Virus record (IMG/VR): IMGVR_UViG_3300033145_001228
Coordinates: 1 to 41,350 of that record
Length of the DNA: 41,350 bases
Reading direction: 5' to 3' (one strand)
Origin: a virus
The notes beneath the pieces were generated by a model that saw only the letters and a list, made by a program, of their open reading frames with translations, ran no database searches and was not told the DNA's origin. Within the stretch, counting starts at the first letter, position 1. Every line of letters begins with the position of its first letter. Shown piece after piece: positions 23,304-31,400 of this stretch. Both the position numbers and the translations under genes were made by a program.

Positions 23304-23441
23304 TTAGATTTTTATCCCAAACGGTTCAGTAATAATTTTATCAATAATCCTAACATCTTTCAGATCGCAGTGAAACATCTTGCAGAGCTCCTTAACCTTC
23401 TCAACCTCTTCCTGAGTTAGAACCTCTGACGCTTTAACCAT
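23304..23441 (-). CDS. 45-aa hypothetical micro-protein
   Basis: MVKASEVLTQEEVEKVKELCKMFHCDL... The ATG overlaps the stop region of 23434-23871. Confidence 0.4.
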   Translation of the reverse strand: MVKASEVLTQEEVEKVKELCKMFHCDLKDVRIIDKIITEPFGIKI

Positions 23442-23871
23442 CCCATTCTACCTGTTTCCCACCTGGCGCACCTGGCTCATTAAATTTATATTTAGCAAAA
23501 TTCAACATTAAAGCTTTATACGGCCTGTAGCTGCCGGTAATAACGCGCCTAAACTGCGCCATTCTATCTTCAAGCGCGCGCCTTCGGCCAAACTCTTCTT
23601 TAGGCTCATCCTTATAAACCTCCCAAAGCCATAAAAAACAATCCCGATTATGCAGTTCAGCTTTCCATTTTACCTCATAATAATCCTTCACCGCATCATT
23701 ATCATAATATAACTCAGCTGTTTTCATCTGTTCGATCTTAGATAGAGCATGAAATTCTCTAACCTCTTGTGGCTCAGTAGGTATTGACTTAGGGCTATCA
23801 TTTACAATAGATTCAAATAAGGTTATTTTATCTCTTGATAAACTTTCTGAGGCTGGGGGGGATATTGTCAT
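23434..23871 (-). CDS. Hypothetical protein (145 aa) ending ..GGKQVEWDG
   Basis: ORF; overlaps the upstream replication gene by 44 nt. Confidence 0.6.
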   Translation of the reverse strand: MTISPPASESLSRDKITLFESIVNDSPKSIPTEPQEVREFHALSKIEQMKTAELYYDNDAVKDYYEVKWKAELHNRDCFLWLWEVYKDEPKEEFGRRRALEDRMAQFRRVITGSYRPYKALMLNFAKYKFNEPGAPGGKQVEWDG

Positions 23872-24490
23872 GTTCTTCCTTTTCGTTTAAATAGTTTTCA
23901 AAGTTGGTTGCATTAAATAAAGTGCTGGGCCGCAAATAATCCATCATCTTAGGATCTTTAAGCCACTTCCCGCACTTACAATCAATAACCCTCTTAAAGT
24001 CCTCAATCGACCGGCCTTCATTAAACCGCGCCGCAATCAAATTAAGAATTGGTTTAGTGTTTATGGAAAAAGATTTTCTTGTTTTTAGGTTTAAATACCT
24101 AATTGGTTCCGTAAGGTCGGGCTTGCCCGACAATATATCTTCTCTACTCTTCTCTACTCTACTCTTCTCTACTCTAGGTAACGGCTTCGGTTCATCTTCC
24201 GTTACGGTATCTAAAAAGTTGTGTAACATTTGTAACGTCAATGATATAGGTCGTTTTTTAAGATCAAACCCCTTACTTCTCCAATATCTCTCAGTATTAG
24301 GTAAAGGCTTCCTTGCTTGAAGCTCTAAAAGTATCATTGAAACGAATCTCCATTTATCAACCTCAGAGTCAATAAGCTCAAACTCCGGATCCCCTTGAAC
24401 CATGCTAATAAAGATCTTTCCCCATTGCATAGTCCGGTCTTTATACCCTGGATGATGCTGCTCTAAGCTTCTAACATGGATATATTCCAT
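23828..24490 (-). CDS. Replication initiation-type protein with a conserved phage C-terminus (Phg_2220_C / DnaD-like)
   Basis: The C-terminal KCGKWLKDPKMMDYLRPSTLFNATNFENYLNE matches that domain signature. Contains an internal RVEKS-RVEKS duplication. Confidence 0.65.
   Translation of the reverse strand: MEYIHVRSLEQHHPGYKDRTMQWGKIFISMVQGDPEFELIDSEVDKWRFVSMILLELQARKPLPNTERYWRSKGFDLKKRPISLTLQMLHNFLDTVTEDEPKPLPRVEKSRVEKSREDILSGKPDLTEPIRYLNLKTRKSFSINTKPILNLIAARFNEGRSIEDFKRVIDCKCGKWLKDPKMMDYLRPSTLFNATNFENYLNEKEEHDNIPPSLRKFIKR
24139..24173. repeat. Short tandem repeat inside the replication gene: CTTCTCTACT x3 with an extra CTACT
   Basis: Read directly; encodes RVEKSRVEKSRE on the minus strand. 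Confidence 0.8.
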
Positions 24491-24651
24491 TATTTAACCC
24501 CCATAAGATTGTTACCTTTTCCTCCACCTTCCCAAGAAGTCTCCCCTCCTGGCATATAATAAATCCACCGGCCAAAATCATACACCCGCCAAAGCTTATT
24601 TCCTTCAGAATCAATAGAAACAACTTGAGCCCTTTTTTTTTCTTCAAAACT

Positions 24652-24906
24652 TTATTGTTTTAACTTTGGGAAAAAAGGTATAAACATCGAGCTAAGAAAT
24701 CCAATCAAAATAATAACTAACATTATTTCAGGTAAAGTAAATCCTACTTTCCTCTTCAACTGGCATCCTAAATAATCCAATACTCCCCATGTCTTAATTC
24801 CAACAATTGTGTTTTGTGGAGGCGTTACAAGCCTTCCAAAAATCTTAAATCCTCGGTTCGTTAAATAGGCCGCTGCTTCATCCTCATGGTTAAATCTTTT
24901 TTTCAT
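24652..24906 (-). CDS. Pilin-like mini-protein carrying a class III (prepilin) signal motif
   Basis: ..QLKRKVG|FTLPEIMLVIILIGFLSSMFIPFFPKLKQ has basic residues, Gly at -1, Phe at +1, Glu at +5 and then a hydrophobic helix. SD AAGGAG lies before the ATG at 24906. An internal TTG (giving MKRKVG|FTLPE) is an alternative start. Confidence 0.55.
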   Translation of the reverse strand: MKKRFNHEDEAAAYLTNRGFKIFGRLVTPPQNTIVGIKTWGVLDYLGCQLKRKVGFTLPEIMLVIILIGFLSSMFIPFFPKLKQ

Positions 24907-24918
24907 CTTCTACTCCTT

Positions 24919-24988
24919 AAATAAAAAGCGGGCAGGGAGAGAGGCTAACCATCCTCGCTAGAGGAACCTCTCTTTAATCCCCACCCAC
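24919..24988 (-). terminator. Long stem-loop plus U-run abutting the SD of the pilin-like gene
   Basis: On the minus strand, GUGGGUGGGG..AGAGAGG..CCUC-UAGC-GAGG..CCUCUCU-CCCUGCCCGC is followed by UUUUUAUUU. Confidence 0.5.
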
Positions 24989-25023
24989 AAAAAAAGATCA
25001 TTATCCTCGTCGGAAAATGATCT
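24989..25023 (-). terminator. Intrinsic terminator
   Basis: 8-bp stem agatcatt/aatgatct with a 13-nt loop, followed on the minus strand by a T6 run. Confidence 0.6.
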
Positions 25024-25076
25024 AATTGTTTTTTTATGTTTTTCATAATGGTTACTTATCCTCTAGCGTATGAATT

Positions 25077-25105
25077 ATTATGCGCTTCAATTTTTAATTT
25101 GTCAA
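25077..25105 (-). promoter_or_regulatory. Sigma70-type promoter
   Basis: On the minus strand: TTGACA - 17 nt - CATAAT, starting 8 nt after the stop of 25113-25490. Confidence 0.55.
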
Positions 25106-25112
25106 GCGCTAA

Positions 25113-25490
25113 TTATGGATAATACTGATCCTGCTTAATTGTTCCCATCCCTTTGCATCTCGGACAAGTCATACAAACCTCATATTTCTTCATCGGCTCT
25201 GTCCGGCCGGTCCACTTCCAACGGTTCACCCTTTGTTGAGAATGATGGCAATGAACAATATCATATTCTGTTAAAAACCCCATCCTCTTCAATTCACTTA
25301 TACGGCGCGGATCATACTTCTCTAAAGACTTTGACCCAAACTCGGAATTAACTAAAAAATTAACCTCAATCCTGGTTAGTGGCCGGTTCTCGCGCATAAA
25401 GATATACAAGAACATTGCTTGCCTCTTCCCAACATACCCACTCTTCTTAATACTATCATACATCATTGCAGAACATACGTCTACTGTCAT
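25113..25490 (-). CDS. Winged-helix-like DNA-binding protein with C-terminal CxxC...CxxC zinc ribbon (125 aa); candidate transcription regulator
   Basis: RISELKRMGFLTEYD is wHTH-like, and CMTCPRCKGMG is a ribbon. Located directly upstream of the promoter/terminator unit. Confidence 0.5.
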   Translation of the reverse strand: MTVDVCSAMMYDSIKKSGYVGKRQAMFLYIFMRENRPLTRIEVNFLVNSEFGSKSLEKYDPRRISELKRMGFLTEYDIVHCHHSQQRVNRWKWTGRTEPMKKYEVCMTCPRCKGMGTIKQDQYYP

Positions 25491-25499
25491 AATCTCCTC

Positions 25500-25745
25500 C
25501 TATTTCCGGTTAACCTCTGCAAGAAATTCAACTATATCCTTTAAAGAATCCGGAGTGAGAACAGTGTTAGATGTTGGATAATAAACATATTGATCTGTCT
25601 TTTTCTCAAACTTGATTATCCCTAAAGAATAGCCTCTTGCCTTGTAAATACACCTGTAAATTTTTATCCAGTGATGCTCACTCGCAAGATCAAACGTAAC
25701 ACGCTTTGCTACCTTGACTGTTCTAATGAATGGAAGTGTTACCAT
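25500..25745 (-). CDS. Hypothetical protein (81 aa)
   Basis: ORF in the early block. Confidence 0.6.
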   Translation of the reverse strand: MVTLPFIRTVKVAKRVTFDLASEHHWIKIYRCIYKARGYSLGIIKFEKKTDQYVYYPTSNTVLTPDSLKDIVEFLAEVNRK

Positions 25746-25749
25746 GATT

Positions 25750-26577
25750 TTATACCTTTACAAAATTGGGTTTTTTAAGAGATGGCGTTTTACCATAAAT
25801 TATTCTTTTGAATAATAGTGGTTTGGATTGTATACAATGTTTTTGCATTAAAGAACTTACTTCTCTTTTATCAGCAATAAATGTCACCGAAAAAACAGAA
25901 TAATCATGAAGTTGCTCAATAGCAGCCTCTAAATTTATTCCTGTTTTTAATAATACTGATAAACTGTTTAAATCCTCCATCATCATATCTGTTTCTTGAG
26001 CATACTTAAAAAGAGCATCACAATCTTTATCAGAAAGACCATGATGTTTTTTAATTGTTAAAAGCTTGTTTGCTAATTGAGGAGGGATTGTTCCCCTTTT
26101 ACGACCGCCCCCTTTACCAACAAATCTAACTTTTTCCCTATGCTTTTCCGGTAAAGCTTGATAAGTTCTCATTATTTGAGAAATTTTCAGAGCAGGAATA
26201 CCTAATCTTACTGATATTTCTTTTTGAGTCAACCCTAACTTCTCCAACTGTTCCATACTACGACCAAGCTCGTTAAAAGAAGGATCTTCCCTTTGGATAT
26301 TCTCAGTAAGACTTAATATGTGAAAATGCTGATTATCAACATCACTTAAAACCTCAGCAGATATTGTTTGCCATCCTAATTTTTTAGCAGCTAAGAATCG
26401 GCGCTGTCCATAAACAATCTGATATTTCTTCTTTTTTCCCTCTGAAACACCAATCGCTTGTTGCAATCCATTTTGTTTCAAACTAATCATTAACTCATCA
26501 ATTCTTGTGTCGGCAATATTTGTCCTATGATTTTCAAGAATTTCAATATCGTTAATATCAATTTCTTTTATCTTCAT
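25750..26577 (-). CDS. ParB-like nuclease-domain protein with HTH
   Basis: GLQQAIGV...YQIVYGQRRFLAAKKLGW is the ParB N-terminal box, followed by the HTH QKEISVRLGIPALKISQI. Confidence 0.85.
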   Translation of the reverse strand: MKIKEIDINDIEILENHRTNIADTRIDELMISLKQNGLQQAIGVSEGKKKKYQIVYGQRRFLAAKKLGWQTISAEVLSDVDNQHFHILSLTENIQREDPSFNELGRSMEQLEKLGLTQKEISVRLGIPALKISQIMRTYQALPEKHREKVRFVGKGGGRKRGTIPPQLANKLLTIKKHHGLSDKDCDALFKYAQETDMMMEDLNSLSVLLKTGINLEAAIEQLHDYSVFSVTFIADKREVSSLMQKHCIQSKPLLFKRIIYGKTPSLKKPNFVKV

Positions 26578-26578
26578 A

Positions 26579-27013
26579 TCAAACTCCTAAATAAATACTG
26601 GTTTTCTTCTTAAGCCAATCCAGGCCTTCAAACATATTAAGTCCGGTAGGCATTATAATAGCCATATAACCACGCACAATAAGCGCTTGCTGCCACTCTT
26701 TCTGTTCATCTGATACCACCCCTGTCTTTGATTTTAATTCAATGGCAAGGCCATAATAGCCACCCCTGGGCTCATAGATGAATATATCCGGAAAGCCCTT
26801 TTTATACCCCATTGCCTTCATCTTGCCGGCTGTGGCCTTATGTGAAAAAGACTTACCGGAAGCGCAATAAACAATCTCCATCTTATTGAGCCAGTTAGCA
26901 AACCTTACCTGAAGAATCATTTCTTCTTGGGATTGCGGCTTACGCGGCTTACCTCTTCTTTTTAAAACATCACTCAATTTCAACATCTGACGCTTTTGGC
27001 TCGGTTTTTTCAT
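26579..27013 (-). CDS. VRR-NUC domain nuclease
   Basis: GFPDIFIYEP...GLAIELKSKTGVVSDEQKEWQ matches the PD-(D/E)xK VRR-NUC signature. Confidence 0.8.
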   Translation of the reverse strand: MKKPSQKRQMLKLSDVLKRRGKPRKPQSQEEMILQVRFANWLNKMEIVYCASGKSFSHKATAGKMKAMGYKKGFPDIFIYEPRGGYYGLAIELKSKTGVVSDEQKEWQQALIVRGYMAIIMPTGLNMFEGLDWLKKKTSIYLGV

Positions 27014-27267
27014 AATGTCCTTATCGATATTGTCTCATCAGCTTGTTTAGTTGTAATTGAAATTGTCCGGCCTTCATAGACAAAAGACTTTCGATTATGA
27101 GCCTTTAACAGCTCAATCATATCACCTTCGCAGCCCTTATAATGCTTCTTAGACGCAGCTATCCGATCCCGCGCATCAGTTAATACATGGGCTTGTTTTC
27201 CTATTTCATCTTCGATGTTGAATGATTCATCCATTTCCGATAGTTCCTGTTGTTTTTGTCCTGTCAT
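27010..27267 (-). CDS. Hypothetical protein (85 aa)
   Basis: ORF; 4-nt overlap with the VRR-NUC gene. Confidence 0.6.
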   Translation of the reverse strand: MTGQKQQELSEMDESFNIEDEIGKQAHVLTDARDRIAASKKHYKGCEGDMIELLKAHNRKSFVYEGRTISITTKQADETISIRTL

Positions 27268-27333
27268 GATTTCTTCTCCTTTTGAGGCAGCGGGAAGGCT
27301 CCCCTGAACCCTCCCTATTGGCTGCCATTGTAT

Positions 27334-27900
27334 TTATTCTAAATCCTTATCCCATTCAACCTCTTTGCCTTCTGTTGTTTGCTGTGAAGTAACATCATCT
27401 TCCTTTGGAACCAGCTTTAAAGAATCCCAAATAACATTTTGGTACTCCTTATCTGTAGTTTCACTCTTCTTATTGGATACCTGGAACCGAACCTCTTTTC
27501 CTTCCAACGCTTCAATGATCTGTGAAGGCGTAGGATTTTCATTGGTATATCCAAAAACCTCTAACACTTTTGGAAGATGTGCTTTCTGGCCCATCGATGC
27601 ACCTAATGAAAGCCATGATTTGCGCGGATCCCCATTAGGTAAATCATAGGCTTTCATAATGAAGGTAATGTTAAACTCTCTTCTGGCAATCTTCTCTCCA
27701 TCATCGTCGAGAATATCTTCCTTATTACTGTTCTGCAAATACTGAATGTAGCCTTTACGGTAAACATACCGGTATTCTACCTTATCAATCATTGCATCCA
27801 GCCATTCTCTCTCAGGAAAGAACTCTAGCGGAGGAGCTTCATTTCTTTGCATTGGTTTCTCCATTTCACCTTGCGGTATTGGTTCTCGTTCATCTGCCAT
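27334..27900 (-). CDS. Hypothetical early protein (188 aa) with an acidic tail ..GKEVEWDKDLE; possible ssDNA-binding role
   Basis: ORF with AGGAGAAAAAACA upstream. The function is a guess from its position and tail. Confidence 0.55.
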   Translation of the reverse strand: MADEREPIPQGEMEKPMQRNEAPPLEFFPEREWLDAMIDKVEYRYVYRKGYIQYLQNSNKEDILDDDGEKIARREFNITFIMKAYDLPNGDPRKSWLSLGASMGQKAHLPKVLEVFGYTNENPTPSQIIEALEGKEVRFQVSNKKSETTDKEYQNVIWDSLKLVPKEDDVTSQQTTEGKEVEWDKDLE

Positions 27901-27926
27901 TGTTTTTTCTCCTTTTCTGTTGGTTG

Positions 27927-28079
27927 TTAAACAAGTTCATCGGCATAATCGCCGAATATTATTTGTCTATGTAATCCTGCTGCCTTTTGAGATTCTTTGC
28001 GTACTTTGTCTTTTTTCCGTTCCTGAAACCTTATATTACATTGCCTTGCCCTTTCCCTTTTTATTTCTTCCGGTGTCAT
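27927..28079 (-). CDS. 50-aa basic micro-protein
   Basis: ATG at 28079 preceded by AAGAAAGGAATCAATT. MTPEEIKRERARQCNIRFQERKKDK... The upstream part of the track ORF is in-frame read-through of the previous gene region. Confidence 0.5.
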   Translation of the reverse strand: MTPEEIKRERARQCNIRFQERKKDKVRKESQKAAGLHRQIIFGDYADELV

Positions 28080-28093
28080 AATTGATTCCTTTC

Positions 28094-28267
28094 TTAAAAT
28101 GATATTTGAATAAATTCTCCGAAAGCCATTCCCAATAAAAAGATAATAACTAACCCAATAATACAGCCAAAGACAACCCAAGCTGATTCTTGTTGTTTCC
28201 TATATAATTGTTTATCAACCCATTTTCCCACTCTCATCACCTTCATGAAATCTTGATTAATTTCCAT
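28094..28267 (-). CDS. 57-aa single-pass membrane micro-protein
   Basis: AAGGAGAAACGGAA-ATG. MEINQDFMKVMRVGKWVDKQLYRKQQESAWVVFGCIIGLVIIFLLGMAFGEFIQISF. Confidence 0.5.
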   Translation of the reverse strand: MEINQDFMKVMRVGKWVDKQLYRKQQESAWVVFGCIIGLVIIFLLGMAFGEFIQISF

Positions 28268-28279
28268 TTCCGTTTCTCC

Positions 28280-28381
28280 TTATTTCTTTTTGTTCCATTT
28301 GTAAGACTTGCATGATGGACACGCTTTAGGTTTTTTCCGTCGAGCTTCCCATGTATGGCCACATTGATTACATTCCTTCAT
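28280..28381 (-). CDS. 33-aa zinc-ribbon micro-protein; first gene after the early promoter
   Basis: AAAGGAGGCTGGGAT-ATG. MKECNQCGHTWEARRKKPKACPSCKSYKWNKKK (CxxC-x16-CxxC). Confidence 0.5.
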   Translation of the reverse strand: MKECNQCGHTWEARRKKPKACPSCKSYKWNKKK

Positions 28382-28406
28382 ATCCCAGCCTCCTTTCATT
28401 AATTGA

Positions 28407-28435
28407 ATATTATCATATTCAGAGTTTTTTGTCAA
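28407..28435 (-). promoter_or_regulatory. Near-consensus sigma70 promoter with extended -10 (early block)
   Basis: On the minus strand: TTGACA - 17 nt (ending TGA) - TAATAT, about 30 nt after the stop of the 1483-aa gene. Confidence 0.7.
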
Positions 28436-28464
28436 GGGGGTATTTTAAAATAATTCTGGAAGGA

Positions 28465-31400
28465 TTAAAGTCCGGAGATTCCGCCAAACTTAATCTTTGA
28501 TTTTCGTTTCTTGGGAGAGAGCTTTCCAAACGGTTCACCTTTTAAAACTCTTCTTGTGAACACAACCGGAAAGCCGGTAAGCTTCCCTATTACATCTGCG
28601 GCCGCCTTTGCCTTTGAAGAGGTTTTCTTAGCCGATCCTACTTTTACAGCATCTTCCACTAATTGATCAAGCGGTGTACCGGATTGAAGGAATCCGGATT
28701 GCATTGATTGAACAAAGCTGCTGAATATGATAAAGGTTCCTGTTAATTGGCCTAATGTATCCCAAAAAAACTCTTTCTTATCAGGAGTCCTTCTTCTTGA
28801 TATAAAGCCTATAGCAAAAGCCGGAGCCAACCAGAGCATAATATTACCCTGAATGAACTTATTTATACTCATTTTACCCTTACCTGTCTTTTGATACAAC
28901 TCAAAGATCAGGTTAAAGTTCTGGTTAAGCTGATTCTTAAATATAGTATAAAGCTTCTGGATCTCAGAGCCCCTAAATACCCCTGGTAGATTAATGATGG
29001 ATCCCTGCGGCTGCGTGCGCCTGATTACCTTGTCAGCCCACTTAACAGCATCCGCTTCAGTCTTTCCTAAGCTGATTTGGTCAAAGTACGCGCCAATCCA
29101 TAAAGATGTAACTGTGGCCCTGTCAGCGGCTAATATAGGGATCATGACAAACTCCCGCCCGCGCTGAACCTTTCCTGTTTTTAGAAGCGCCGTTTTACCT
29201 CTGCGGGCCTGTATTTCCCTCAGCTCCCGCTCCTGCCGGAAGCTTCTGTTCTTCATAAATACTGACTTATTTTTAGAGAATTCAATCCATTTAATAGGAT
29301 TGCCTATAAACTTGACTGTGCCGCGCATAGCCGCGCGCTTCCCCATGAACTCAGCCCCTTGAAAATAAGACACCGGCTGCTTCATCATAGTAACAAAGTT
29401 TAATCCTAATACAGCTGTGGCATAATTTGTCCGGATAAACCTTGATATTTGGTCAATAGCTTGCATAGGAGCCTTATCACCGTTAAAAGCCACATCCTTA
29501 ATCCACTTATCAAGTTCAAAATAGTACCGCTTTCCAAAGTTTTCTTCAACCGCGCGCTTAAACTTCTTATTCGTAACAAACTTATTTACATCCCGCACAG
29601 ACTTAGCAAAAGCCTTATAATGCTCGATCTTCTGCCAGTTACGGAAAATAGTACCAATAAATGAAAAATCAGAAAAAGCCTTAGTTGAATGAACCCTACT
29701 TTTGGTAAAGCCCTTAACAACCCCTGCCCTGCGAACCGCTGCACGCTGTAATATATCCAGTTGAAGCTCTTTTTGGTAGCTTATATCCTCAAGCCGGTCA
29801 ATAGGAAAGTAATTCTCTTCTTTGGGAAGGTTTACCCCTTCAAGATCCCTGTGAATATCATTAAGCTTCTGATATTGATCTTCATCATAGAATTTAATAA
29901 TATCCCGCGCCATACTCTTCTCTTCATCAGTCAAAAACCTCTCAACCTCAATAAGATCATCCTGTGTTATGCCGCTGCCAATCAAGTGAGACATATTGCC
30001 GGCATTAAAACTATTAGCATATATAAATAAAGCTTGATCCTTTGTCATATTCTTGAACCGGCCAACAGTAAACTTCTTACCAAGCGTCTTATTAACATCC
30101 ATTGGTTTTAAGATCTTCTGTATCTTCTCAAGAGTCCTGGCCTGTTCTCTGAGCTTATCACCTTCAGCGGCTAATGACGGATCCCATATTGCCTGTGTAT
30201 TAATGCCTTCCTCGAAACCATCTAAGCCATTAACCATAACCTCCGGCCGTAAGTGCATAGCAATATAAGACTTAAGCCCTTCAAGACTCTTGTCAGCAAT
30301 ATTAGGATTATCCTCTAAAGTTCTTATGATAGCTGACTTCTCGGTGATCCCTTTGCCTTTAGTGATAGTATTGATCATATCATCTAAAGCAGCTTCAAAA
30401 TTATGGTTCTTAATATCGGTGAAAATCCGGTTCTTTGTACGGCCAAGATGTACTAAGCGCGCAATAACCTCATCAATATCCCTTAATTCCTGCAATGTAA
30501 TATCATTAAGCGTTACCTTCTCAAGAAGATCCAGGCTTTCCTGTGGGATATTAATCTCAACTCCCTGCTCCTCCTGTTGCTGAATAAAGATCTTCATACT
30601 CTCTCTGCGGGCTAAAGTCTTTTGTGTGCGGCGGCCAAAGTCAAAGCCGCTCTTAATCTCCTCAATCTTTTCTTTGTATTCAATCGGAAGGTTCTGAGTC
30701 GGAAGCTTATTAATCCTCTTTACAATACCGGATATTTCTTCTCGTACAGCCCTGCGCTCTCTCTCCCTGGCTTTAACGCTTCTTGTTTGAATCTTCTGAA
30801 CCTCAACACCTGTTACCTTACCAAAAACAAACGCTTTCCTTGAGATCTGCTGTTCCTTACGCAAAACCTCCGCAAGCGCCGCATCCGCGCTAATCAGATC
30901 AGATACTTTTAATTGTGCTGTAGATGCCCGAACAATCTGCTTAACTTTACCGGCCGGAACTTGTCTTTGTGAAATCTGTTGAATAATAGCCTGAACTTTA
31001 ACAATGGCTTTCTGATTCTTACGGATTCGGCTTAAGATATTCCTGAGCTGTGCCTTATCAGCCTTGTCAATAGGTTGCCGCGCCTCTTCAATAATAGCCT
31101 GTCTTAATTCCTCGCCATCTGCAAACTCATGACCAAATTGCTTCAGGCGCTCAACCGCCTCATCTAAAGGAACCTTGCCTTTTAATGATTTAGGAATAGC
31201 AGCTAATTCTTCCTTCAGTTTACCGGCTAATGTTGGCGCAATCCCGCCTATGTCCTTAACCGCTACAAGCAAATTAACCTCCGGAGTCTTAGCAAGTTCA
31301 GATAATTCAATTGATAATTCAGACTTTTCCTTCTCTTCAAGCAGCTTAGAAGTATCCTCAATCTCTTTAACCGCTTCCTGAAGCTTCGCAGGAGCAATCA

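Noticed and set aside
23254-23308. 11-bp inverted repeat tctaaggcgtg/cacgccttaga as a terminator.
   Set aside because: On the transcribed (minus) strand it is not followed by a U-run, and its right arm contains the stop codon of the 45-aa ORF. It may be an RNA structure, but a terminator call is not supported.
29990-30060. SLT lytic-transglycosylase-like AYNAG motif (ANSFNAGN) in the 1483-aa protein.
   Set aside because: The accompanying catalytic E-S and GLMQ motifs are absent upstream, so a single short match is not enough to call a muralytic domain.
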